From an uncultured Pelolinea sp. (lineage in GTDB: Bacteria > Chloroflexota > Anaerolineae > Anaerolineales > Anaerolineaceae): a DNA stretch of 64,000 nucleotides. Shown one piece after another: positions 36,223 through 44,599 of this stretch (the first letter of the stretch is position 1; each line of letters begins with the position of its first letter). The position numbers and the translations under genes were made by a program. The DNA is taken from positions 61,419 through 125,418 of the forward strand of contig CBDAFG010000092.1 of assembly GCA_965195205.1 (NCBI GenBank), given 5' to 3'. The notes beneath the pieces are model-generated. The model did not search any database, was not told where the DNA came from, and saw only the letters and a program-made list of their open reading frames with translations.

Positions 36223-36963
36223 TCATTTGATTGGATTTTTTGTTCGTGCTACAGTGAAACAGAAAACTTTTTGTGCACCCGCTAATATTAATGCTTTAGT
36301 ACTTTCATTAAGAGTGGAGCAAGTAGTGGCAATGTCATCTATCAGAAGGATTGACTTGTTATTGCATATAGAAGTATCTGCATAAAAAGCATTTTTCACA
36401 TTCGTTATGCGTTCCTTGTAATTTAGTCCAACCTGTGATCTTGTATCCCTGTTGCGGATTAATGCAAGCTCTTCCATAGGGATGTCAAAATGTCGGGAGA
36501 TTGGCTTTGCAATTAAAACAGATTGGTTATAACCCCTCGCGGTTTCTCTCTTTTTGCTTAGTGGTATTGGAACAATCATATCCACTGAAATTCCCCAATT
36601 CTTTATGAGTTGAACAATCGGCTTGGTTATGTATTCAATAATACCGAAACCGCGATTGTATTTAATGTTTTGGACGACTTGTTTAAGAACACTCGTGTAG
36701 ATACCCCATGATCTTGCTTGCTTAAACAAGGGATGCAATTTCAGACAATTACTACAATTTGAGCCTGTTTTAATAATTCCCCCACAAACCGGACAAACAT
36801 CTTGGTTGTGTATGGTTTCAATTTTTATGAAACAATCAGGGCATATTTCATATCCGATTTTTCCGCAATTGCAGCAAAAAGGAGGATAGACGAGGTCAAT
36901 GATTCGCCAGTGGCTAAAAGGTAACTCGAAGAATGGTTTATCAGCAGCTTTTTCTATTTGCAT
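36223..36963 (-). CDS. comF: ComF family protein (ComFC-type phosphoribosyltransferase with N-terminal Zn fingers)
   Basis: N-terminal CCNCG..CPDC and CPVCG..CSNC cysteine pairs are present. The C-terminal PRTase motif is ILLIDDIATTCST. Confidence 0.85.
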   Translation of the reverse strand: MQIEKAADKPFFELPFSHWRIIDLVYPPFCCNCGKIGYEICPDCFIKIETIHNQDVCPVCGGIIKTGSNCSNCLKLHPLFKQARSWGIYTSVLKQVVQNIKYNRGFGIIEYITKPIVQLIKNWGISVDMIVPIPLSKKRETARGYNQSVLIAKPISRHFDIPMEELALIRNRDTRSQVGLNYKERITNVKNAFYADTSICNNKSILLIDDIATTCSTLNESTKALILAGAQKVFCFTVARTKNPIK

Positions 36964-36986
36964 ATCAATGTAATTTCAAACCCTAT

Positions 36987-37133
36987 TTATGCGTTCTGTA
37001 AAAAGTTTTGAATGAAATTACTAATTGCTGGCCCGAACAGTTTTACGATTATTAAGATAAAAAGAATGAAAATGATGATAAATAACAAGTATTCTGTGAT
37101 TCCCTGCCCTTTGACATACTTTGGAAACCTCAT
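36987..37133 (-). CDS. flp: Flp/Fap-family type IVb pilin precursor (48 aa; below the ORF-track size cut-off)
   Basis: Hand translation of the minus strand gives MRFPKYVKGQGITEYLLFIIIFILFILIIVKLFGPAISNFIQNFLQNA. It contains the Flp prepilin motif G/xxxxEY followed by a hydrophobic helix. AGAGGAGA lies 8 nt upstream of the ATG. The stop is 23 nt before the comF start. Confidence 0.75.
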   Translation of the reverse strand: MRFPKYVKGQGITEYLLFIIIFILFILIIVKLFGPAISNFIQNFLQNA

Positions 37134-37158
37134 TAATTCAATCTCCTCTTTTCCACAG

Positions 37159-37186
37159 TATATACCAAATGCAAATGGTTGTGCAA
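37159..37186 (-). promoter_or_regulatory. sigma70-type promoter for flp(-comF-hpf)
   Basis: On the minus strand: TTGCAC (37181-37186), a 16-nt spacer ending in TGG (extended -10), then TATATA (37159-37164), about 25 nt upstream of the flp ATG. Confidence 0.5.
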
Positions 37187-37237
37187 CTATTTTTCAAAAA
37201 AAACGTATTTATTAATAAATAGCACTAAAAAATTGTT

Positions 37238-37265
37238 TTGTTTTCTAATTAATAATGGCTATAAT
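37238..37265 (+). promoter_or_regulatory. sigma70-type promoter for the coiled-coil/SPFH pair
   Basis: TTGTTT (37238-37243), a 16-nt spacer, then TATAAT (37260-37265). GGAGGA at 37288-37293 precedes the ATG at 37299. Confidence 0.45.
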
Positions 37266-37298
37266 CATAATAGAAAAAACGATAAATGGAGGATATTA

Positions 37299-37880
37299 AT
37301 GAATGACATACTTGAAAGAGTTGTTGGGGAAGGTGATTTCATAAAAAATATTTTGGGCAAATTGCCGGGATTTAAGGGTTATGTAGAGCGGGAGGATCGC
37401 CGAAACGCAGACAAATTACTCCGCGAGAGTATCGCAGAACGATTTGAAAGTCTGTGGCGTCGAATTTCTTCTTTGCAAAAGGAGGCTATATCAAATGGCG
37501 AAATTGAGAAAATAGATGATCTTGAATCTTCAGCTATAAAACTCAGGCAATTCATTGACCGTGTAAAAACTGCTTCTTATGGGTATGCTGGTTTTTTTGA
37601 TGTGATTAAAGTGAATACCGAAGAATTAAATGCAATTTATCAATATGACCTGCAGATGCTGGAATTGGAAGAGAAAATAGCAAGAGCGGTTGACAATGTT
37701 GAAACCTCATTTGGTACAGATGGGCTGCCGGCTGCAATTAGGCATCTGACAACTTTATCTCAAATCTGCCTGGATATTTTTAACCGTAGAAAAGAAGTGA
37801 TTGTCAAAATGGGAGAACCTGCAATAGAAGAAATGAATCCCATTGAAAAAATAAAAAATGATGAAAACGAGGAGAAATAA
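37299..37880 (+). CDS. hypothetical alpha-helical / coiled-coil protein (193 aa)
   Basis: The start MNDILERV is preceded by GGAGGA. The track ORF from 37179 adds an AT-rich, implausible leader that overlaps the promoter. The product is charged and helical with no recognisable enzymatic motif. It ends 2 nt before the SPFH gene. Confidence 0.7.
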   Translation: MNDILERVVGEGDFIKNILGKLPGFKGYVEREDRRNADKLLRESIAERFESLWRRISSLQKEAISNGEIEKIDDLESSAIKLRQFIDRVKTASYGYAGFFDVIKVNTEELNAIYQYDLQMLELEEKIARAVDNVETSFGTDGLPAAIRHLTTLSQICLDIFNRRKEVIVKMGEPAIEEMNPIEKIKNDENEEK

Positions 37881-37882
37881 TA

Positions 37883-38923
37883 ATGGCAAGAATTTTTGAT
37901 GTTATTGAATACGCAAGTGAAATGCAGGATGAACTTGTCCATCGATTTCCTGAAAAAGGAATAGCGGATTTGAGGATTGGTTCGCAGGTTATTGTTCGAG
38001 AAAGTCAAAAAGCAGTTTTCTATCGGGATGGAAAGGCATTAGATGTCTTTAGTGCTGGCCGACACACTATCGCTACAGCAAATATTCCGCTGTTGGTGGA
38101 TCTAATTGGGAAGGCATTTAATAATCGCACTCCTTTTACAGCTGAAGTATATTACGTCTCAATAAAGGAATTCGCAGACCAAAAATGGGGTACACCACAG
38201 CCAATTATTGTTAGAAATCCTGGAATGGGATTAGGCGTGGCTTTACTACAAGGGTTTGGCACTTATAGTTACCAGATCAATGACCCTCAACAGTTTGTAA
38301 CCCAGCTTGTTGGTGCGCAAGGGGTTTATAAAACTAGTGAAATTGAGAATCGTTTGCGTACAATGTTGCTTTCAAAGCTGCAGGATTTATTGGGTGAAAC
38401 AACCGCTAAGCGTTCTGTAGTTGAACTGATTGCCCTAACTGAGGAATTGGGAACTGGGGTAAGGGCAAAAGCACAAGATGATTTTAACGCTTTGGGATTA
38501 ACACTGAAATCTTTCTATATTGGCAGTTTAAAGCCATCTGAAAAATCTGCCGAAGAGTTACGCGCTATGGGTATGCTTGATGTCGCCACATACACTCAAC
38601 TCCAAGCTGCTGATGCCTTGCGTGATGCTGCTCAAAATCCTAGCGGCGGCGCGGGATTAACAGCCGGGATTGGCGCTGGTGTTGGATTGGGAAATGTGAT
38701 TACAGAATCCTTAAAAGGCATTTCAACTGGAAGCGAAAATAGTGCAGGGGGGGTAGCTGGTCGGATTCCAGAAGTGATGACTCCCAGTGAGGCCGCAAAA
38801 ATCTTGCAAGTATCTGAAGAAGATGTGCTTGCGGCAATTAAAGATAAATCTTTAAAAGCGAAAAAGATTGGGAAGGCGTTTCGAATCAGTAAAGAGTCTT
38901 TAGAAGAATTTTTGAAAAGTTAA
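37883..38923 (+). CDS. SPFH/Band-7 (YdjI / 'virion core protein-like', COG4260-type) protein with a C-terminal excisionase-type HTH
   Basis: The N-terminus MARIFDVIEYASEMQDELVHRFPE...IGSQVIVRESQKAVFYRDGKALDVF is typical of the Band_7_1 family. After a Gly/Ala-rich linker, MTPSEAAKILQVSEEDVLAAIKDKSLKAKKIGKAFRISKESLEEFL resembles HTH_17/excisionase DNA-binding domains. Confidence 0.75.
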   Translation: MARIFDVIEYASEMQDELVHRFPEKGIADLRIGSQVIVRESQKAVFYRDGKALDVFSAGRHTIATANIPLLVDLIGKAFNNRTPFTAEVYYVSIKEFADQKWGTPQPIIVRNPGMGLGVALLQGFGTYSYQINDPQQFVTQLVGAQGVYKTSEIENRLRTMLLSKLQDLLGETTAKRSVVELIALTEELGTGVRAKAQDDFNALGLTLKSFYIGSLKPSEKSAEELRAMGMLDVATYTQLQAADALRDAAQNPSGGAGLTAGIGAGVGLGNVITESLKGISTGSENSAGGVAGRIPEVMTPSEAAKILQVSEEDVLAAIKDKSLKAKKIGKAFRISKESLEEFLKS

Positions 38924-38936
38924 GACGGTTGTAATG

Positions 38937-38966
38937 AAATAACCCGATGAATTCATCGGGTTATTT
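38937..38966 (+). terminator. intrinsic terminator after the SPFH gene
   Basis: A 13-bp stem aaataacccgatg / catcgggttattt surrounds an aatt loop and is followed by a T-rich tract. Confidence 0.75.
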
Positions 38967-38994
38967 TCTTCCCTATTGATATAATTTCTTTGAG

Positions 38995-39641
38995 TTGATA
39001 ATGAAATTACATGAATATCAATCAAAGAAGTTGTTTGATCAAATAGGTATCCCAATACCTAAAAGCAAGATTATCCAAAAAGCAGAAAACGTACGGCATA
39101 TATTTAATCAATTTAGCGGTGTGGCTTTGGTAAAAGCTCAGGTTCTTTCTGGAGGACGCGGGAAAGCAGGGGGAATACGATTAGTGCGATCGGAAAATGA
39201 AGCGGAAAATATCACCGCATTCTTGTTAAAGTCAAAGATCCATAAACGCGCGATCAATAAAGTAATTATTGAAGAATTAATTGACTTTGATGAAGGTTAT
39301 TCTGTTGGAATAGGTGCTACCCTATTGTTAGATTAGAATTTTCTGATCTTTTGCCGTTCTTCGAAGAGGATCCAAGCACTGAGAAGGTGATATTGCTTGG
39401 AGAGTTTGGAGGAGAGTTTGAAGAAGCAGCAGCCAGTTATATTTCACGACATTTTACATAATCTGTATTGGCGTTAATTGTGGGAAAATTAGCTCCCGCA
39501 AAAATCATCTTAGGTCATGCGGGAGCAGTTATCACTAACGATTGTGGATCTGCGCAGAGGAAAATTGACGTCCTTCGTGATGCAGGTGTGGTAATTGCAG
39601 AAATTATTGAAGATATTCCTGCGCTACTAGAAAAGAATTAA
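38995..39641 (+). pseudogene. sucCD: sucC-sucD remnant: succinyl-CoA ligase beta N-terminus joined to alpha C-terminus, with a frameshift and a nonsense codon
   Basis: 38995 to about 39290 encodes MKLHEYQSKKLFDQIGIPIP...AQVLSGGRGKAGGIRLV, the SucC ATP-grasp N-terminus only. From about 39295 the sequence reads ..SVGIG, shifts frame near 39315, and then reads YPIVRLEFSDLLPFFEEDPSTEKVILLGEFGGEFEEAAASYISRHFT-TAA(39459-39461)-SVLALIVGKLAPAKIILGHAGAVITNDCGSAQRKIDVLRDAGVVIAE. This parallels SucD ...[77 protein letters not shown]... Confidence 0.8.
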
Positions 39642-39874
39642 GATTTCTGGCCTTCCACGTAGCTAACAGCCTCACCGACAGATTGAATTTTTCTAGCGTC
39701 TTCATCTGAAATGGTTAAATCAAATTTTTCGCATAGGCCATCGATTAAAAAGAATTGGTCCATTGAATCTGCTTTCAGATCTTCAATGAATCTTGTCTTT
39801 AAGGAAATATCTTTGGGGTCAATTTTTAAAACATCAACAACCACTTCTTTAACACCATCTAATACATCACTCAT
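39638..39874 (-). CDS. acyl carrier protein (orphan)
   Basis: The 78-aa acidic protein carries the phosphopantetheine-site motif DLKADSMD (DSxD). Confidence 0.8.
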   Translation of the reverse strand: MSDVLDGVKEVVVDVLKIDPKDISLKTRFIEDLKADSMDQFFLIDGLCEKFDLTISDEDARKIQSVGEAVSYVEGQKS

Positions 39875-39943
39875 TTCGTTTCTCCTTGTAAGAACTTTAC
39901 CAATTATATTATTAAATTACGTTGATAAGTGTATACTTAAAAA

Positions 39944-40975
39944 ATGAAAAATAATTCAATTATTAAAAAGCGAAAAGACGAGCATCTTCATATTAATTTG
40001 CAGGAAGACGTCAAATCATCTAACACAACAGGGCTCGAAAAGTTCCGATTGATTCACCAGGCGCTTCCAGAAATCAATTTGTCGGATGTTGACACATCAA
40101 TTTTAGTATTTGATAAATCGCTCTCCTTTCCTTTGATGATTTCGTCGATGACTGGTGGGACAAAAAAAGCTCTTGAAATCAATCAAATTTTAGCAAATTC
40201 TGCGCAGAAATATAATATTGCGATGGGGGTTGGTTCGCAGCGAATTGGTATTGAAGAGAATACGAGAATGGAAACATTCAATATTCGGAAAAATGCCCCG
40301 GATATTTTGTTGTTTGCCAATCTTGGTGCTGTTCAACTGAATAACACAATCACTATCGATGATTGTAAAAAGGCTGTTGATGCTATCGGAGCGGACGCTT
40401 TGATATTTCATCTTAATCCATTGCAAGAAGCCCTGATGAAAGATGGGGATACCAACTTTTTCGGAATAATAAATAAAATTGAGCAAGTTTGTAAGCATTT
40501 GAGTGTTCCGGTGGTTGTAAAGGAAGTTGGTTGGGGAATATCTGCTCAAACTGCAAAGAGATTAGTTGGGGCAGGGGTAAAAGCGATTGACGTAGCAGGG
40601 GCTGGCGGAACTTCTTGGTCAGAGGTTGAAAAATTCAGAACAACAAATCCTGTGTTACAACGAATAGCCGGGGGATTCAGAGGATGGGGAATTCCAACGG
40701 CAGAGACTATTATAAAAATTCGTGAAGAATTACCAGATATCCTTCTCTTTGCTTCTGGGGGATTAAAAAGCGGGATTGATATTGCAAAGTGCATAGCTCT
40801 AGGAGCTAATTTGGGAGGGATCGCACGAAGTTTTTTAATTGCCGCATTGGACTCTCAGGAAGCGCTTGATACTTATATTGAAGAAATAATGTTGCAAATG
40901 AAGGTCGCAATGTTTGCAATCGGTGCGGAAAATGTAGCAGCAATTTCCTCTGAAAAAATTGTACGGATTGATTAG
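39944..40975 (+). CDS. fni: type 2 isopentenyl-diphosphate delta-isomerase (FMN-dependent)
   Basis: The KRKDEHL N-terminal motif, SSMTGG, VVKEVGWG and ASGGL are typical of IDI-2. Confidence 0.9.
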   Translation: MKNNSIIKKRKDEHLHINLQEDVKSSNTTGLEKFRLIHQALPEINLSDVDTSILVFDKSLSFPLMISSMTGGTKKALEINQILANSAQKYNIAMGVGSQRIGIEENTRMETFNIRKNAPDILLFANLGAVQLNNTITIDDCKKAVDAIGADALIFHLNPLQEALMKDGDTNFFGIINKIEQVCKHLSVPVVVKEVGWGISAQTAKRLVGAGVKAIDVAGAGGTSWSEVEKFRTTNPVLQRIAGGFRGWGIPTAETIIKIREELPDILLFASGGLKSGIDIAKCIALGANLGGIARSFLIAALDSQEALDTYIEEIMLQMKVAMFAIGAENVAAISSEKIVRID

Positions 40976-41991
40976 TGGTTTATATGAAGACACTTAAAGA
41001 ATTTCAAAAAATATATTTCACAGAGTTCATAAGGTCGTTGGAAAAAAACGTAGATTCGTTTTTTCCTGAAGAGTTTACTGAATTAAAGGAGATTTATAAA
41101 TACCATTTGGGCCTGGGCGATGAATTTTCTAAACAAGGAAAACGTATCCGTCCCCTTCTAACCCTATTGTGTTGCGCGGGAACTGGGGCGGAGTGGCAAA
41201 AAGCGCTACCCGCTGCGGTTTCTATTGAATTGATACATAATTTTTCTTTAATTCATGATGACATAGAAGATAATGGGCTAACTCGCAGGGGAAAAGACGC
41301 GGTTTGGGTAAAATGGGGATTGGCGCATGGTTTGAATGCAGGGGACGCAATGTTTACTTCCGCTTTCAATGTGCTTCTTACACTCCAAGATAATGTGTCT
41401 GAGAGGATTACATTAAAAACTGTGGAATTATTATCCGAAACTTGTGCAGAACTTACTATGGGTCAGTTTCTTGATATTGACTTCGAGGAACGAGAATTTG
41501 TTTCTGTTGCAGATTATTTGAAAATGGTACATGGTAAAACGGCGGCTTTAATATCCTGCAGCACAAGAATGGGGGCTTTAATTGGAGGGTTTCCTATAGT
41601 AGAGCAAATGAAATATCATGACTTTGGAAAAGCACTTGGTATTGCATTTCAAATGTATGATGATTGGTTGGGAATCTGGGGTGATTTAGAAACTACTGGT
41701 AAATCTACAACCGGGGATATTTTAGAAGGAAAAAAAACTTATCCAATTATTATGGGTATTGAGAATAGTGCTCGTTTTGCTGAGAGGTTGAAGCAAGGCA
41801 AGATAACCCAAAAAACAGCGATAGAAATGGCGAGGTGGCTTAGAGAGGACGGAATTGAAAAAATTGTGATAGATACATATTCTCAATGGACAGAGAAAGC
41901 ATTTGCTTCTTTAGAAGAAATGAGATGCACAAGGTATGTGAGAAATGCTTTATTTGAACTTACTAATAATTTGTTAATACGGAAAAAATAA
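40975..41991 (+). CDS. polyprenyl diphosphate synthase (trans-IPPS, FPP/GGPP synthase family)
   Basis: The first Asp-rich motif is LIHDDIED, the second is [11 protein letters not shown], and GKRIRP is present. The GTG start overlaps the fni stop, and an alternative ATG lies at 40984. Confidence 0.88.
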   Translation: MVYMKTLKEFQKIYFTEFIRSLEKNVDSFFPEEFTELKEIYKYHLGLGDEFSKQGKRIRPLLTLLCCAGTGAEWQKALPAAVSIELIHNFSLIHDDIEDNGLTRRGKDAVWVKWGLAHGLNAGDAMFTSAFNVLLTLQDNVSERITLKTVELLSETCAELTMGQFLDIDFEEREFVSVADYLKMVHGKTAALISCSTRMGALIGGFPIVEQMKYHDFGKALGIAFQMYDDWLGIWGDLETTGKSTTGDILEGKKTYPIIMGIENSARFAERLKQGKITQKTAIEMARWLREDGIEKIVIDTYSQWTEKAFASLEEMRCTRYVRNALFELTNNLLIRKK

Positions 41992-42029
41992 TCTCTGCAT
42001 ATAATAAATCAAAATTAGAGGAAAAGATT

Positions 42030-42683
42030 ATGGCAGGCAATAAATTAACTGAATGTCAGGATACTCCTGTGTATGAGGCTGCAGATTTACTGTGTGATTC
42101 AGAGATAGATTTTGGATCTATAGAGAAGTCTATAAAAACTATCTTGGCAGCTATTGGAGAAGATCCTGAACGTGAAGGTCTGCTGAAGACACCAGACCGT
42201 GTTGCTCGTGCGTATGGAGAGTTGCTAGAAGGATATCGCACTGATCCCGTAAAGCTCGTAAACGAAGCAACTTTTACGGCAGATTATGATGATATGGTTA
42301 TTGTGCGTGATATAGAGTTCTACAGTTTATGTGAACACCATATGCTGCCTTTCTTGGGACGTGCACATGTTGCATATTTACCAAAAGGGAAGGTTATTGG
42401 TCTGTCAAAAATCCCCAGGATTGTTGATATGTTCTCACGAAGGCTTCAGATTCAGGAGCGAATGACCGGGCAAATTGCCGATTTCTTAGATACACTTCTT
42501 GAACCAAGAGGTGTAGCAGTAGTTATGGAGGCAGTGCATTTATGTGGAATGATACGTGGGGTTAGAAAGCATGATGCACGAATGACTACATCTAGCATGA
42601 AGGGTGCTTTTAGGAATAGCGAAATAACCCGAAATGAATTTCTAAATAATATTTCAAGAGGGGCAAAACCACTAGAATTTTAG
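42030..42683 (+). CDS. folE: GTP cyclohydrolase I
   Basis: Motifs seen: [33 protein letters not shown] and QIQERMT. Confidence 0.93.
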   Translation: MAGNKLTECQDTPVYEAADLLCDSEIDFGSIEKSIKTILAAIGEDPEREGLLKTPDRVARAYGELLEGYRTDPVKLVNEATFTADYDDMVIVRDIEFYSLCEHHMLPFLGRAHVAYLPKGKVIGLSKIPRIVDMFSRRLQIQERMTGQIADFLDTLLEPRGVAVVMEAVHLCGMIRGVRKHDARMTTSSMKGAFRNSEITRNEFLNNISRGAKPLEF

Positions 42684-43159
42684 TATGGGAAAAACCCTTC
42701 AGGAGGAATGAGAAGCTCAACTTGTTCTGAGCTTTTCAATTCCTCTGCAATAACTTTTAGATTTCTTGTTGAGCCTGGATAGCAACAAGATGGCATTAAC
42801 TCAGCGACGGGTATGGCGATAAATCCTTTTACCCATAAATCATTATCTACGATCCTATTATTAAAAATGATTGTATCTAAATCAATAGTTCTTGGTGCAT
42901 TCTTGTTTGAAAGACGAACTCTTTTTAAATGGTCCTCAATTTTTCGAAGAACGGATATTTTAAGCTGTTTTTCATCAAGAGTTGTGTTTGCCTTTATTGC
43001 TAAATTTAAAAAATCGGGACCTTCACCTCCAGAAGATTTCGTTTTCCAGATACGAGATCGAGTTAATACATTTAAACTATCTGTTAAATGAATTAGACAA
43101 TCCCTAATGTTTTCCTGGGGATTGATATTGGAACCGATAAGGATAATCGCTTCATTCAT
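42680..43159 (-). CDS. folK: 2-amino-4-hydroxy-6-hydroxymethyldihydropteridine diphosphokinase
   Basis: Pattern ILIGSNI..., [16 protein letters not shown] is present at 159 aa. Confidence 0.88.
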   Translation of the reverse strand: MNEAIILIGSNINPQENIRDCLIHLTDSLNVLTRSRIWKTKSSGGEGPDFLNLAIKANTTLDEKQLKISVLRKIEDHLKRVRLSNKNAPRTIDLDTIIFNNRIVDNDLWVKGFIAIPVAELMPSCCYPGSTRNLKVIAEELKSSEQVELLIPPEGFFPY

Positions 43160-43517
43160 CTTCAGTTCTTTTTGCTCTTGTTATTTCTACACCTACTGAT
43201 TTTGAAAACCTGACAGCACCTGGTTTTTCAACTTTAATTTTTACCTTTTCTACATTTTGAGTCTTTAAGCAAATATCAGCAATATCTGCAGCAAGTGCTT
43301 CAACGGTATAACGAGACACATTTTGGATATGAGAGATAATGGCTTTTGCTACAGTACGGTAATTTACGCAATCTTTAATATCATCAGAAAAGCTGCCTTT
43401 AGATATGTCAGTGTAAAGCGTTGCGTTCACTACAATATCTTGTGGTTGCGAGCGTTCTTTTTCGGAAATTCCTATTATTCCCCTTACCATCAAATCTTCA
43501 ATAAATACTTTGTCCAT
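43152..43517 (-). CDS. folB: dihydroneopterin aldolase
   Basis: The 121-aa product has FIEDLMVRGIIGISEKERSQPQDIVVN and a VKIKVEKPGA C-terminus. An 8-nt overlap links it to folK. Confidence 0.88.
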   Translation of the reverse strand: MDKVFIEDLMVRGIIGISEKERSQPQDIVVNATLYTDISKGSFSDDIKDCVNYRTVAKAIISHIQNVSRYTVEALAADIADICLKTQNVEKVKIKVEKPGAVRFSKSVGVEITRAKRTEDE

Positions 43518-43532
43518 TCATTTTCTCCTATT

Positions 43533-44261
43533 CTAAACAAGATGTCGGCCGCCGTCCAAATGCATAATTTCACCAGTAATATATTCTGGTCCCCGCAAAA
43601 GAAATAGGTATGCATCTGATAATTCCATAATTTTTGCCCACCTACCAGCTGGAACTTTAGAGATGATCCCATTTTCATTGCCTCCATCTGCTGGCGGGAG
43701 TATAGCTCCAAGTGCGATTCCATTAACTTGGATATTTGGCGCAAGAGATAATGCTAAAGTTTGTGTTAATGACACTAAAGCAGATTTTGAGATTGTATAA
43801 GGGAAATGATCATACCCAGGACGAAGCGCTCTCCAATCGAGTATATTGATAATTCTGGCCTTTCGTTCCCCTAAAGAACTTGCGAATGATTGGCTGAGCA
43901 GAAAAGGCATTGTTAGATTAATGTCCATATGCGTACGCCATTCTTTTAGAGATGTGTTTGCAAATTTTACGGGTTTAAAAATGGCTGCGTTGTTGATCAA
44001 AGCAAAAATATTATTGTTTTCTTGAAAAACCTTCCTAAATAATTCCATCGCTTTTTCTGGTTCTGAAAAATCTGCACGAATGATCTCGGCTTTTCCGCCG
44101 AGTTTTCTAATATCGTTTGCTGTTTGTTCTGCTTCTTTCTGAGACTGATTGTGGTGAATAATTACGGATGCTCCAGCTTTTGAAGAAGCTAATGCTAATT
44201 CTCGACCGATGCGTCTAGCAGATCCAGTAATAATTACTTTTTTTCCCTTTAGATCAATCAT
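43533..44261 (-). CDS. short-chain dehydrogenase, pteridine reductase / FolM-like
   Basis: The glycine-rich motif ITGSARRIGRE (TGxxxRxG) is the variant typical of PTR1/FolM rather than the classical TGxxxGIG. A YxxxK motif (YTISK) is present, and the gene lies directly upstream of folB-folK. Confidence 0.7.
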   Translation of the reverse strand: MIDLKGKKVIITGSARRIGRELALASSKAGASVIIHHNQSQKEAEQTANDIRKLGGKAEIIRADFSEPEKAMELFRKVFQENNNIFALINNAAIFKPVKFANTSLKEWRTHMDINLTMPFLLSQSFASSLGERKARIINILDWRALRPGYDHFPYTISKSALVSLTQTLALSLAPNIQVNGIALGAILPPADGGNENGIISKVPAGRWAKIMELSDAYLFLLRGPEYITGEIMHLDGGRHLV

Positions 44262-44386
44262 TATTTATCCTTCTACATACACATAATACTAATTCATGAG
44301 TTTGTTCGTCAAGGAAATATAATAATTCGTTAATAAAAAATTGCTCTGAAAAGGTATAAATTAAATATACAAAAAAGGAAAACGAA

Positions 44387-44593
44387 ATGAAAAACATATT
44401 ATACAAAGTGCCTGCTATTCACTGCAACCATTGTTCGCATACTATCAAGATGGAATTATCTGAGCTAGAAGGAGTAGAGTCTGTTAAGGTAGATGTTGCT
44501 AAAAAGGAGGTAGCTTTAACCTTTGAGGCACCTGCAAATGAACAAGAAATTAGAGAATTATTGATCGAAATCAATTATCCGCCCGAGGATTAA
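44387..44593 (+). CDS. copZ: copper chaperone CopZ (HMA domain)
   Basis: The 68-aa product has a CNHC metal-binding motif in a ferredoxin-like HMA layout and lies immediately upstream of copA. Confidence 0.85.
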   Translation: MKNILYKVPAIHCNHCSHTIKMELSELEGVESVKVDVAKKEVALTFEAPANEQEIRELLIEINYPPED

Positions 44594-44599
44594 AACCTT

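Noticed and set aside
37012-37215. Track ORF of 67 aa on the plus strand
   Set aside because: It is the antisense shadow of the Flp pilin gene and its promoter. It has AT-rich, low-information sequence and no RBS.
38995-39336. Track ORF of 113 aa taken as a small ATP-grasp protein
   Set aside because: It is the truncated N-terminus of SucC, followed in other frames by SucD-derived sequence with a stop codon. It is too short to form an ATP-grasp fold.
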